DNA from: Alphaproteobacteria bacterium
GTDB taxonomy: Bacteria; Pseudomonadota; Alphaproteobacteria; UBA7879
Length of the DNA: 64,000 nt
NCBI GenBank assembly: GCA_965178295.1
Contig: CBCXTT010000002.1
Span: forward strand, 240,381 to 304,380
Direction: 5' to 3'
Shown here: in pieces, positions 20,969 through 31,354 of the stretch
Layout: the number at the start of each line of letters is the position of its first letter
Numbering within the stretch: position 1 is the first letter of the stretch
Program-made: the position numbers and the translations under genes
Notes under the pieces: model-generated
The model's database searches: none
What the model was told of the DNA's origin: nothing
Seen by the model: only the letters and a program-made list of their open reading frames with translations

Positions 20969-21834
20969 CACTACAAAAAACACTCTTCTATCTCTCCATA
21001 AAAACTTTCTACAAAACCGTTAACCGATTTCCAATCGATGGTAGTGTAAGGTTTTGTGGCATACTGGCAAAAACACTAGGTCCTCTTACCTCTGTAAATA
21101 AAATTGGAATAAAAAACTTAACAGAAGCCTTTCCAGAACTACCGGATAAAGAGAGGGGAAAAATTATGAAGGATTGCTGGGAAAACCTAGGTCATGTAGT
21201 TGCAGAAATTTGCCACGTAGATAAAATATTAAAAGATGAAAGCCGTGTTCTCATAAAAAATAAAGAAAAACTGAACTATGGAGTGAAACATGGAGCATTT
21301 TTTTTAGGTGCTCATCTAGGAAACTGGGAAATCTCTCGCGCTCCTTTTGTGCAACAGGGGGTTAAGATAAACCTGCTCGCGCGTGTTCATGAAAACCCTA
21401 AAATAGAAAAATTTATCCTAAAAACGCGAGAGAATGAAACCACAAAAATCATTCCCAGGACCGCACGAGGGGCAAAAGAATTACTCCGTGCAGTAGAAAA
21501 AAAAGAGTGTGTTGGGGCGCTGGTAGATCAACGGGCTCAAGATGGGGTGTTGATTCCTTTTTTTAACAGATCGGTCAAAGCACCTGTTTCTCTAGCGCGT
21601 CTAGCCATTAAGCACGATGTTCCCATCATTCCTGTCCAAATATCACGTGTCGGAAAAAAAACTTTTTTTGAGCTTACATTTCATGATCCTCTCAAGAAAC
21701 CTGAAGAAAAAAATATCAATAAAGCAAGTATTTTGCTTATGCAGGACATGTACGAACATATAGAATCCTGGATTAAGAAAGATCCTGCTCAATGGCTTTG
21801 GCTTCACAACAGATGGAAGGATTCTCCAACATAA
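20965..21834 (+). CDS. lpxL: Lipid A biosynthesis late acyltransferase (LpxL/HtrB family)
   Basis: 289 aa with HX4E motif GAHLGNWE, DQRAQDGVLIPFF and a C-terminal PAQWLWLHNRWK. Confidence 0.85.
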   Translation: MTLQKTLFYLSIKTFYKTVNRFPIDGSVRFCGILAKTLGPLTSVNKIGIKNLTEAFPELPDKERGKIMKDCWENLGHVVAEICHVDKILKDESRVLIKNKEKLNYGVKHGAFFLGAHLGNWEISRAPFVQQGVKINLLARVHENPKIEKFILKTRENETTKIIPRTARGAKELLRAVEKKECVGALVDQRAQDGVLIPFFNRSVKAPVSLARLAIKHDVPIIPVQISRVGKKTFFELTFHDPLKKPEEKNINKASILLMQDMYEHIESWIKKDPAQWLWLHNRWKDSPT

Positions 21835-22084
21835 AGTTGGTAAATAGATGGTTGACAGAATGTGTAAAAAAATAACACAACGAGTATGTGTAGTATTTTA
21901 TTCTTATTTATCAAAAAATCCCCATAATTATACTAACAAGTTATAACAAAAAAAAACTTACATACATCCTGTGTATAAATTACTTTCCCCGTTGACTATA
22001 CTGGTGTTTTTTTCTCTAAATATTGATAGACTCTGTTGACAAAATTGTGCTAACAAAATCCACAGGGATATAGAACAAGAACTA

Positions 22085-23113
22085 ATGAATTTATTATCTA
22101 CCTTAAATCTAGAATGCTTAACAACTCCCCCGATCTGGCTTATGCGCCAGGCAGGTCGATATATGGGGTCATATAGAGCTATTAGAGAGAAAATTCCCTC
22201 TTTCATAGATCTTTGTCTCACACCACACCTGGTCTGCGATATCACGTGCCAACCTGTAGAGACCTTTCACATGGATGCGGGTATTTTGTTTTCTGATATT
22301 TTGATCATCCCTTACGCTCTTGGACAAAGCGTACACTTTGTTGAGAGAAATGGACCTATTCTTGGACCACTCGATCGAGATAAAATTCAGAAAGTAACAA
22401 GTTCGGTATTGTGTGAGACTCTTTCTCCTGTTTTTGAGAGTATATCTCAATTAAAACAAAAACCTACATTTCAAAACCTCCCTCTTATTGGTTTTTCTGG
22501 TGCACCATGGACCGTCTCTACCTATATGGTGGAGGGGAGAAAGTCTCAGGACCATTCTATGATTAAATCTATTGCATTTAGGGATGTTGGTGCTCAGGAC
22601 GCTCTTATTGAGGTTCTGACACAGGCAACGGTAGCCTTTCTTAAGGCACAGATTGATGCAGGTGTTGATGTAATACAAATATTTGATACGTGGGCAAGTG
22701 CACTCTCGAGTCAGTATTTTGAGCGATGGTGCTTGTCTCCTCTTCTTACGATAGCGGAAGATCTTAAAAACCATAGACCAGACATAAAAATAATTTACTT
22801 TCCCAAGGGATGCTCTGGGTTGTACCCACTCTTATCAGAAACCTTGCCACATTTTGTAGATGGTATTAACATAGATCACAATATCACCCCTGACTTTGTA
22901 AAAAGGTTGTTTGGGGGGCGTTTGGCGATCCAAGGTGGACTTGATCCTGTGTTACTTCTTACGGGTGGTGCTGCTTGTTTTGATGCAGTTAGAGACTTGC
23001 TCAAATGTTACAAGGATGTTCCATATATATTCAATTTAAGTCATGGTGTTGTTCCAAAAACACCTGAAGATAATGTGGATGCGCTTGTGCGACAAGTTAA
23101 GGGAAAGATATGA
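22085..23113 (+). CDS. hemE: Uroporphyrinogen decarboxylase
   Basis: PPIWLMRQAGRYM signature, FDTWA and a 342-aa length. Confidence 0.95.
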   Translation: MNLLSTLNLECLTTPPIWLMRQAGRYMGSYRAIREKIPSFIDLCLTPHLVCDITCQPVETFHMDAGILFSDILIIPYALGQSVHFVERNGPILGPLDRDKIQKVTSSVLCETLSPVFESISQLKQKPTFQNLPLIGFSGAPWTVSTYMVEGRKSQDHSMIKSIAFRDVGAQDALIEVLTQATVAFLKAQIDAGVDVIQIFDTWASALSSQYFERWCLSPLLTIAEDLKNHRPDIKIIYFPKGCSGLYPLLSETLPHFVDGINIDHNITPDFVKRLFGGRLAIQGGLDPVLLLTGGAACFDAVRDLLKCYKDVPYIFNLSHGVVPKTPEDNVDALVRQVKGKI

Positions 23114-24129
23114 AGAAGTGTGCTATTGTTTTGTTTAACTTGGGTGGACCGGATAGCTTGAGTGCAGTGCGCCCCTTTCTGTTTAATTTGTTTAACGACC
23201 CTGCGATTATTACTTTTCCTACCCCCCTTCGTTGGCTGTTAGCGCAACTGATCTCTAGATATCGTGTTAGTGCGGCTCAAGAGATTTATCGGTCGCTTTC
23301 TGGCCGGTCTCCAATCTTGTTGGAAACAGAAAATCAAGCGTATTCTTTAGAAAAAAAACTTGGGGCAGGATATAGGGTGTTTGTTGTAATGCGCTACTGG
23401 AATCCTCGACTGAAAGATGTGTTGCCTAGGATCGAGGAATTTGATCCAGATGAAATAGTGCTTTTGCCATTATACCCTCAGTACTCCACAACAACATCTA
23501 GGTCATCTTTGCGTGAGTGGGATGCTCTGTATACCGGTGCTGCTTCTGTAAAGAAGGTGTGTTGTTATCCAAATTCACCAGAACTTATCTATTTTTTTGT
23601 TCAAAAAATTCGTGTAGGTATTGATGCGGTAAAAGAATATGGGCGACCCAGTGTTGCTTTAACAGCACATGGATTGCCCTTAAAAATTGTTAATTCTGGA
23701 GATCCCTACCCCTATCAAATAGAGGAAACAGCTCGTTTAATACGTGCGGCGTGGAAAGAAGATGAGCCAGTAGACTTTACTGTTTGCTATCAAAGTAAGG
23801 TTGGACCACTTCCTTGGCTTTTACCTTCTACCGAAGAAGTGATTAAAGGAGTCTCTTCTCAAGGGCGCCCGCTTGTTGTGGTGCCTATAAGTTTTGTTTC
23901 TGAGCACGCAGAAACCCTTGTGGAACTAGATATAGAGTATAAAGATCTAGCATTTGAGTGTGGAGCACCCGCATACTATCGAGTCATGACACCGAGCTCA
24001 GATCCCTTGTTTATTTCGAGCCTTTCGAGAATGATAGAGGAGGTGAAAAACAATGATACAAAGCACACATACAAAACATATACATGCAAAAACTCTTATT
24101 CCCAGTGTTATCAACAAAAAGATACTTAA
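23110..24129 (+). CDS. hemH: Ferrochelatase
   Basis: VLFNLGGPDS, MRYWNP, LPLYPQYS, TAHGLP and SFVSEHAETL. Confidence 0.93.
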   Translation: MKKCAIVLFNLGGPDSLSAVRPFLFNLFNDPAIITFPTPLRWLLAQLISRYRVSAAQEIYRSLSGRSPILLETENQAYSLEKKLGAGYRVFVVMRYWNPRLKDVLPRIEEFDPDEIVLLPLYPQYSTTTSRSSLREWDALYTGAASVKKVCCYPNSPELIYFFVQKIRVGIDAVKEYGRPSVALTAHGLPLKIVNSGDPYPYQIEETARLIRAAWKEDEPVDFTVCYQSKVGPLPWLLPSTEEVIKGVSSQGRPLVVVPISFVSEHAETLVELDIEYKDLAFECGAPAYYRVMTPSSDPLFISSLSRMIEEVKNNDTKHTYKTYTCKNSYSQCYQQKDT

Positions 24130-24130
24130 T

Positions 24131-24580
24131 ATGTCCGATGGTTTTCAAACTTATTATTTATGGATAAAATCTATCCATTTGTTCTCTGTAATATCTTGGG
24201 GGGCAGGACTTTTTTATTTGCCCCGGCTTTTTGTTTACCACTCCCAGGTGCCCCTTGAGTCGGGAAGAGATGAAATGTTAAAAACTATGGAGAAACGACT
24301 TTTAAAAATTATTGTGACTCCCAGTATGTTGGGGGTTTTTTTAACGGGGCTAGTTTTAATTCTGACTCCTGGTGTTGTTGATTTAAAAAGTGGTTGGCTG
24401 CAACTTAAGTTATTTCTTGTATGTTGTTTGTGTGCATATCACGGGATGTGTGCAAAGTACGTTTTTCAGTTTTTTAAAGGCCAAAACACACGTGATCACA
24501 AATTTTATCGCCTTTTTAACGAAATTCCTCCTTTAATTTTTTTAATTATTGTAGTATTAGTAATTGTGAAGCCGTTCTGA
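24131..24580 (+). CDS. hemJ: Protoporphyrinogen IX oxidase HemJ
   Basis: MSDGFQTYYLWIKSIHLFSVISWGAGLFYLPRLFVYH matches the HemJ N-terminus. The start is set at ATG 24131, directly after the hemH stop. Confidence 0.85.
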   Translation: MSDGFQTYYLWIKSIHLFSVISWGAGLFYLPRLFVYHSQVPLESGRDEMLKTMEKRLLKIIVTPSMLGVFLTGLVLILTPGVVDLKSGWLQLKLFLVCCLCAYHGMCAKYVFQFFKGQNTRDHKFYRLFNEIPPLIFLIIVVLVIVKPF

Positions 24581-24628
24581 GCTTCATATGATCAGCTCCC
24601 ATATTTCTGTTAAAAACAGCGAGAGAGA

Positions 24629-25888
24629 ATGGACCTACAAGAAATTAAGCATAAATCTCCTAAGGATTTATTAGCTCAAGCAGAAGAACTGTCTATTGAG
24701 AATGCGAGCAATATGCGCAAGCAAGATCTAGTTTATGCGATTCTCAAAAAGCTTGCGGCGGATGATATACATATTCGTGCCGAAGGGGTAATTGAAGTCC
24801 TTCAGGATGGGTTTGGTTTTTTAAGATCTCAGCAGGAAAATTATTTGCCTGGCCCAGATGATTTGTATGTCTCGCATAGTCAAATTAGACGTTTTTCTTT
24901 GCGAACAGGAGATACGGTCCGTGGACGAATACGTCCTCCGAAAGATGGGGAGCGATATTTTGCCCTCTCTAAGGTTGAACAGGTTAATTTTGGGTCACCT
25001 GAAAAAATTAAGCACCGCATTAATTTTGATAATTTGATACCTTTGTACCCAGAGGATCGCTTGCAGTTAGAGTCTGAAAAGCCTCGTGAGGCCGGAAAGC
25101 TTACCGCACGCGTGATTGATTTGGTTGCTCCACTAGGAAAAGGTCAACGTGGCCTTGTTGTTGCTCCGCCTCGCACAGGTAAAACAGTAATGTTACAAAA
25201 TATAGCCCATGCTATTACGGACAATTATCCAGATGTGTATCTGTTTTTTTTGATGATAGATGAACGACCTGAGGAGGTCACAGATATGGCACGTTCCATT
25301 AAGGGAGAGGTAGTGAGTTCTACGTTTGACGAGCCGGCATCACGTCACATTCAAGTAGCTGAAATGGTGATTGAAAAGGCAAAGCGTCTTGTGGAGATGG
25401 GACGTGATATTGTGGTGGTTTTGGATTCCATCACTCGACTTGCGCGTGCTTATAATACGATTATCCCCTCATCGGGTAAGGTCTTAACAGGTGGCGTTGA
25501 TGCAAATGCTCTCCAGAGGCCCAAACGTTTGTTTGGTGCAGCACGTAATATAGAAGGAGGGGGGTCTTTAACTATTTTAGGTACTGCCCTGATTGATACA
25601 GGATCTCGAATGGATGAAGTGATTTTTGAGGAGTTCAAGGGAACAGGTAACTCAGAAATTGTTTTGGATCGGAAACTATCTGATAAAAGAACGTTTCCTG
25701 CGATTGATGTGAATAAATCCGGAACACGTAAAGAAGAGCTGTTGATAGACAGGGTGACTCTTTCTAAAATGTGGGTTTTGCGCCGTGTTTTGAATCCCAT
25801 GGGTGTTGTAGATGGTATAGAATTTTTATCAGACAAGCTTCGAGAGACAAAATCAAATTCAGACTTCTTTCATTCTATGAATGGTTAG
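24629..25888 (+). CDS. rho: Transcription termination factor Rho
   Basis: 419 aa with an N-terminal RNA-binding domain (GFGFLR), Walker [20 protein letters not shown] and [12 protein letters not shown]. Confidence 0.97.
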   Translation: MDLQEIKHKSPKDLLAQAEELSIENASNMRKQDLVYAILKKLAADDIHIRAEGVIEVLQDGFGFLRSQQENYLPGPDDLYVSHSQIRRFSLRTGDTVRGRIRPPKDGERYFALSKVEQVNFGSPEKIKHRINFDNLIPLYPEDRLQLESEKPREAGKLTARVIDLVAPLGKGQRGLVVAPPRTGKTVMLQNIAHAITDNYPDVYLFFLMIDERPEEVTDMARSIKGEVVSSTFDEPASRHIQVAEMVIEKAKRLVEMGRDIVVVLDSITRLARAYNTIIPSSGKVLTGGVDANALQRPKRLFGAARNIEGGGSLTILGTALIDTGSRMDEVIFEEFKGTGNSEIVLDRKLSDKRTFPAIDVNKSGTRKEELLIDRVTLSKMWVLRRVLNPMGVVDGIEFLSDKLRETKSNSDFFHSMNG

Positions 25889-26230
25889 ATCTGTGAATGA
25901 TATTGTATATAACATTTTCAGAATTATTTTTTATTTATTTTTTACACATATCTCAAAAAAAAATAAGAAACCATCTTTCTCCCATGGCTTCCTTGATTTT
26001 AGCTATGCTTGGCTTGACATAAATAAATGCTCGACCTTGTGAAAGGTGTGGGTGCAGTAAGGTAGTGTTCGCAAGATATACGTTGTGAACTCTTATCGAG
26101 GAATCCTGATAGCGCGTATACGGTTTTTTCCTCACAGTAGATGTGGGAGCAAGTGTTTTTGTTGTTTCCGGGAGGAGGTATTTTACCGTTAAGAGATGTG
26201 GATCAGTAAAGAAGAGAAATTTGTACACCA

Positions 26231-26246
26231 TGTTTCACGTGAAACA
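26231..26246. promoter_or_regulatory. parS: parS centromere site (perfect palindrome TGTTTCACGTGAAACA)
   Basis: Read directly. It matches the chromosomal parS consensus tGTTnCACGTGAAACa at all 16 positions and extends to an 18-bp palindrome (26230-26247). It lies 307 bp upstream of parA. Confidence 0.85.
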
Positions 26247-26553
26247 TGGCCCGTCTTTTTTTGAGAGCTTTTAGTCCCAGTCTCTCAATAAGTATATTTA
26301 TTTTGCCTTCTTCTCCTATAAGTGTGCCGTCTTCTCTTGAGTGGTCAAAAGTATGTGGTGAGTAGAAGTGTCTCTTTTGCAATTTTTTTAAGGAAGAGTG
26401 CAATTATTAGGAATGAACCCATATCGTTTTATGGTGAGTTAATCCCATGTTATGGCCAATGAATAGGGAAAAATTCTTCTGTTCGAGTACATTTCTATCT
26501 AGACAATTTTTGTGATTTTTTTTACACTTAGTAGGTCTTTAGGAGAGCTCTCT

Positions 26554-27321
26554 ATGGCGAAAATTATTTCCATTGCTAATCAAAAAGGTGGGGTTGGAAA
26601 AACAACAACGTCTGTTAATCTTTCAACCGCTTTGGCAGCGACCAAACGAAAAATTTTGCTTCTAGACCTTGATCCACAAGGGAACGCAAGTACAGGATTC
26701 GGCATCTCTTATCGTAACAGAACGCCTGGAGCATATGAACTGATTACACACCATGCGTCTTTTTTAGATACGATGCAGTCGACGTATATTCCAGGTTTAG
26801 ATATTGTACCAGCCTCCACAGATCTTGTGGGGGCGGAAATAGAGCTTGTGAACATGCAACATCGTGAAATGCGCCTGAAGGATGCGTTGCTCTCAGCTCT
26901 AGATAGTTATGATTATATTATGATTGATTGTCCTCCTGCACTTGGGCTGTTGACCTTAAACGCTTTTGTGATCTCTGGTAGTGTCTTGATTCCTCTTCAA
27001 TGTGAGTATTATGCCCTTGAAGGCTTATCTCACTTGTTAAAAACCATAGATGTTGTTAGGGATCACTACAACCACGATCTTATGATCGAGGGAATTTTGA
27101 TGACCATGTTTGATAGTAGGAACAGCATATCACAGGCGGTGGTTGATGATGTGAAGCAGCATATGGGAAAAAAGGTTTTTAATGTGATGATTCCTAGAAA
27201 TGTTAAGGTTTCTGAGGCGCCCTCTCATGGCCTCCCCGTGTTAATTTATGATATGAAGAGCCCAGGATCTCAGTCCTACATCAATCTTGCGAGTGAGCTT
27301 ATTCGTAAGGAGGGAAGTTGA
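26554..27321 (+). CDS. parA: Chromosome partitioning ATPase ParA (Soj)
   Basis: MAKIISIANQKGGVGKTTT (deviant Walker A) and DCPPALG. AGGAGA lies 8 nt upstream of ATG 26554, which I prefer over the GTG at 26512. Confidence 0.95.
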   Translation: MAKIISIANQKGGVGKTTTSVNLSTALAATKRKILLLDLDPQGNASTGFGISYRNRTPGAYELITHHASFLDTMQSTYIPGLDIVPASTDLVGAEIELVNMQHREMRLKDALLSALDSYDYIMIDCPPALGLLTLNAFVISGSVLIPLQCEYYALEGLSHLLKTIDVVRDHYNHDLMIEGILMTMFDSRNSISQAVVDDVKQHMGKKVFNVMIPRNVKVSEAPSHGLPVLIYDMKSPGSQSYINLASELIRKEGS

Positions 27322-27324
27322 TCC

Positions 27325-28266
27325 ATGTTGCGTGATGGTACACAAAAGCTTGGAAAGGGTTTATCTGCTCTTTTAGGTGACACTGCTTGTGAGAGAGTTG
27401 GAAACGATGAGAAGACCCTTGGCATAGATCTAGAGCATGTCTCTGATATCATGTTAGACACTATTAAACTGGGAAAATACCAGCCAAGACAGAATTTTGA
27501 TGAGACAGAAATAGACAATCTTGCAAAATCAATTCAAGAAAATGGCTTACTACAACCTATTTTAGTGCGCCGCATATCTGAAAATGACTATGAGCTTATT
27601 GCTGGTGAAAGACGCTGGCATGCCATGAAGGCTCTTGGTTTTTTGACCATTCCAAGCATTATAAAAGATTTTTCTGAAAAAGAATCCCTTTCTGTTGCTC
27701 TGGTAGAGAATATACAACGCGAGAACTTATTACCTCTTGAAGAAGCGTGTGCTTTGGATCGTCTTATTGTTTCTCTAGGGTATACACAAGAAGAGGTAGG
27801 GATATCTATTGGCAAAAGCAGGAGTTATGTAAGTAATTCCTTGCGCCTGTTGCAGTTACCAGACTTTGTTATGGAAGATTTGAAGCAAAACAAGTTATCC
27901 GCAGGGCATGCGCGAGCATTGTTAGGGCTAGATCCCACCCTGACTAAGGAAATTTTATTAGATATTAAAAATAATCGCCTTAATGTCCGCCAAGTAGAGC
28001 TTCTAGTTCGTTCCAAAAAAAAGAGTGGTGGATTAGAGCGACGCAAAACAATGAAACAAAAAACACATTATGTCTCTGATGAGGAAGTTATGGAGCGGGC
28101 AATGTTAGATGAGGATGCACTCACATTAACAACCCATATAGAAGCGAAGCTTGGTCTGAAAGTTTCTCTTAATTTATCTCAGGGAGTTGGTGATATTGTA
28201 TTGAAGGTACCCAACTTGGAAACACTAGATTTATTTATGGAAAAAATTAGTACAATAGGACGCTAA
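27325..28266 (+). CDS. parB: Chromosome partitioning protein ParB (Spo0J)
   Basis: LGKGLSALLG, LLQPILVR, ELIAGERRWHA (GERR box) and an HTH segment TQEEVGISIGKSRSYVSNSLRLL. Confidence 0.95.
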   Translation: MLRDGTQKLGKGLSALLGDTACERVGNDEKTLGIDLEHVSDIMLDTIKLGKYQPRQNFDETEIDNLAKSIQENGLLQPILVRRISENDYELIAGERRWHAMKALGFLTIPSIIKDFSEKESLSVALVENIQRENLLPLEEACALDRLIVSLGYTQEEVGISIGKSRSYVSNSLRLLQLPDFVMEDLKQNKLSAGHARALLGLDPTLTKEILLDIKNNRLNVRQVELLVRSKKKSGGLERRKTMKQKTHYVSDEEVMERAMLDEDALTLTTHIEAKLGLKVSLNLSQGVGDIVLKVPNLETLDLFMEKISTIGR

Positions 28267-28399
28267 GATTGTGTGTATAAAGTTTGGGGAAAATACAGAA
28301 ATTTACTTTTAAATGTTTTGGGGTCAAAAGTCGAAAAATGTTTATGAATCCTTTCTTTTCTGGTATCCCGCATGAACAAATTTTAACAAGACTAGTGGG

Positions 28400-28408
28400 T
28401 GTGGATAA
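28400..28408. promoter_or_regulatory. Perfect DnaA box (TGTGGATAA, i.e. TTATCCACA on the other strand)
   Basis: Read directly in the parB-dnaQ intergenic region. A one-mismatch box TGTGTATAA lies at 28272-28280, and an A/T-rich stretch lies at 28445-28480. Confidence 0.5.
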
Positions 28409-28515
28409 GTCTGTTGTGAAAAAGAAAGTGCTTGTATGTTGTGCGATAAAAAATAAAAAATATTCATCTATTTTTAATACTTGAGATCAACTGATAATTA
28501 TCACAGGGTGCTCTA

Positions 28516-29217
28516 TTGAGAGAAATTGTATTAGATACTGAAACAACTGGATTCGATCCTTTAAAGGGCCATCGTATTGTAGAAATTGGATGTGTTGAGC
28601 TTATCAATGGTGTGCCCAGTGGGTCCTATTTTCAAAAATATATTAATCCAGAGCGTGATGTACCTGAGAGTGCTTTTCGTGTGCACGGGTTATCCAGAAA
28701 ATTTTTGCAGGACTTTCATCGATTTCAAGATGTTGTAAAAGAGTTTTTAGATTTTATTAGCTCCGACTCTCTTGTCATTCATAATTCTGCTTTTGATATA
28801 AAGTTTTTGAACGCAGAATTAGAATGGGCTGGGGCGCCCTTGATTCAAGAAAATACGATTATTGATACTCTGCAGATAGCAAGAAAGAAATTTCCAGGCT
28901 CTCCGTTAAGTTTGGATGCACTATGTCGTCGGTTTGATATTAATAATACGCACAGAGAGAAGCATGGAGCGCTTCTGGATTCCGAGATATTATCAGAAGT
29001 GTATATAGAGCTGATGGGGGGGCGTCAGAAAAGATTATTTTCTGCATCAGCCGATGAAAATTCAGAAGCTGATGCAACAGGTAGTATTGCTTTTTCGAAA
29101 AAGAAATTTGAAATACGTTACTTTTATGCAACGCAAGAGGAAAAAAAGATCCATAAAAAGTTTGTGCAAGAACTTAAGGATCCGATCTGGAATTGTATTT
29201 TTTCTTATAGGTATTGA
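28516..29217 (+). CDS. dnaQ: DNA polymerase III subunit epsilon
   Basis: Exo I VLDTETTG, Exo II HNSAFDIKFL and Exo III HGALLDSEILSEVY. TTG start. Confidence 0.9.
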   Translation: MREIVLDTETTGFDPLKGHRIVEIGCVELINGVPSGSYFQKYINPERDVPESAFRVHGLSRKFLQDFHRFQDVVKEFLDFISSDSLVIHNSAFDIKFLNAELEWAGAPLIQENTIIDTLQIARKKFPGSPLSLDALCRRFDINNTHREKHGALLDSEILSEVYIELMGGRQKRLFSASADENSEADATGSIAFSKKKFEIRYFYATQEEKKIHKKFVQELKDPIWNCIFSYRY

Positions 29218-29935
29218 CACTAAAAGGAATTGTTAGTGCATACAATCCACCTAAGACGAGCAAGGAGAGCCAAGGCATCGTCACAAAGGACACCCCGTAT
29301 AAGGCGATAAACATAAAGACGATACCGCCATATTTTCTGGGCACGCTACCAGATTTGATAGAAAATGTGGGAATTCTGCTCATGGTAAGGATAGATATTA
29401 ATGGAAGGTACATGCCATAGAGGGAAGGTGGCATCATATGCGTTGTGTCAAAGCAAAGATCGAGTACAATAGGCATCACACTATATAAAGCCCCAACTGG
29501 GGCTGCAAAACCTAAAAAGAAGTTTTTAGGGACCCGCTCTTCCTCATCCTCGTTGAGGAGAGTATTAAAGCGCGCAAGACGAAATATCATGCATACAATA
29601 AAAAAGAGAATAATGGCCCAGCCCAGGCTGTGTAGGCTGTTCAAACTGTACAGATAAATCACTAAGGCTGGTACAATACCAAAATTACATGCGTCTGCAA
29701 GAGAATCAAGTTCCGCACCAAAGCGGGAGGTTCCTCCTAGTAGGCGAGCAATTCGTCCATCCAGTCCATCAAGAACGGCAGCTATGAGCAGACACGCCAT
29801 TACCCAGGTCCAGTTTTCCAGCAGGGCAAAACGAATAGCGCTAAATCCCACGCATATAGCCATCATTGTGATCACATTGGGAATGATACGATTAAAAGGG
29901 ATAGCGCGTATGTTTTTTGTATCGTTCATGAGCAC
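29174..29935 (-). CDS. pssA: CDP-diacylglycerol--serine O-phosphatidyltransferase
   Basis: CDP-alcohol phosphatidyltransferase motif [26 protein letters not shown] in a multi-TM protein. Confidence 0.9.
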   Translation of the reverse strand: MLMNDTKNIRAIPFNRIIPNVITMMAICVGFSAIRFALLENWTWVMACLLIAAVLDGLDGRIARLLGGTSRFGAELDSLADACNFGIVPALVIYLYSLNSLHSLGWAIILFFIVCMIFRLARFNTLLNEDEEERVPKNFFLGFAAPVGALYSVMPIVLDLCFDTTHMMPPSLYGMYLPLISILTMSRIPTFSIKSGSVPRKYGGIVFMFIALYGVSFVTMPWLSLLVLGGLYALTIPFSVNTYKKKYNSRSDP

Positions 29936-30630
29936 ACAGAGCCCTCACGTTCTTTTTCAGTGCTTTCTAAGTCAGCAATTACGACCTCACCAGCAATCAT
30001 TGTTTGCCCTTTAATTACAAGTGGTGAGGTGCCATGTGGTAAAAATACGTCCACACGACTGCCGAAGCGAATCAGTCCAAAACGTTGTCCAGTTTGCAGT
30101 GTTTCTCCAATTGAAATATCACAACGAATTCGCCGTGCAATTAGTCCTGCAATTTGCACAAATCCTACTTTTTTATTGTCCTTTGTGGTTACTGTAAAGT
30201 ATTGCCGCTCATTATGCTCGCTTGCTTTATCTAATGAAGCATTCAGGAATTTTCCAGAATGGTAATGGGTTGAGGTAAGAGTTCCTGCGATAGGAATACG
30301 ATTAACGTGTACATTAAAAATATTCATAAACACACTGACACGTGTGAGTTTTTTTGTTCCCATGTTAAGCTCTTTTGGAGGCACCATAGATGTTATCATC
30401 TGTACGATTCCATCTGCTGGACTTATAATAAGACCGTCTCTCGTGGGTGTTACACGCTCTGGGTTTCTAAAAAAGTACAAGCACCAAACTGTCATAACAG
30501 CGCCTAATATGCCGAATAATGGTATGATATGCCATAGAATTAGTGCAATAACACCAAAAATTACAGAAAAAATAATCCCTTCTTCATGTATAAGGGGCAG
30601 CCAATTTTTTTTAAACACGAATATCCTCAA
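29926..30630 (-). CDS. psd: Phosphatidylserine decarboxylase proenzyme
   Basis: 234 aa with a [10 protein letters not shown] self-cleavage (G-S) motif. It overlaps the pssA start by 10 nt. Confidence 0.9.
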   Translation of the reverse strand: MRIFVFKKNWLPLIHEEGIIFSVIFGVIALILWHIIPLFGILGAVMTVWCLYFFRNPERVTPTRDGLIISPADGIVQMITSMVPPKELNMGTKKLTRVSVFMNIFNVHVNRIPIAGTLTSTHYHSGKFLNASLDKASEHNERQYFTVTTKDNKKVGFVQIAGLIARRIRCDISIGETLQTGQRFGLIRFGSRVDVFLPHGTSPLVIKGQTMIAGEVVIADLESTEKEREGSVCS

Positions 30631-30641
30631 TTTTCAAGAGA

Positions 30642-30716
<75 letters not shown>

Positions 30717-31354
30717 AAAACCTTCTCCTTACTTACCTGTTTTTTTTTCAAAAATCAAGACTTGGCAATGAGTTTAAGGAACGAAGATAATCTGTGAATT
30801 CGGATAAGTAGTGCTCTGCACACCCTATGGTATTGTAGGATGATGCTAAGCATCTCGTACGATAGGTAGGTTGCACACATTATGAATATAATTGATCTAT
30901 GTTACTAGAGATATCCCATATTGTTTAGAGGCGCCTCGTAACGCTGATATTTTTCTTCATGTGTAGACACGTTTGGGTCGCACGAGTCTCTCGCGCTCTT
31001 CTATTCATATTGCACTAGAGATTTTTAAAATATTTTGTGTTTTGGGACTGATGGTTTAGCTTAGCCAAGCTATTGCCTAATATTATGTCGTGTTCTACCG
31101 AATCTTAGGTTTGATTGAACACTTGTATGCACTTTACTCAAGAGGAATAGAAATCGCCTCAGCACAAACTATTTTTAATAGCATTTAATTCTAGAATCTA
31201 GATTTTTAAGATCGACTATGTCTAGCGCATGCAATGCACTGCTCAATACTTTCTGAGTATTATATCGCACGCGATACAAGACATTTCACAATAAGATTAG
31301 AACACTTTTTGTCATGATGCGTATCTCTATTATAAAACTACACCTGCCCTTGTC

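Noticed and set aside
25953-26403. Two overlapping minus-strand ORFs (92 and 66 aa) between rho and parA
   Set aside because: No recognisable domains and no SD-like sequence. One ORF starts within the parS palindrome, which encodes MFHVKH on either strand. I treat the interval as noncoding or decayed.
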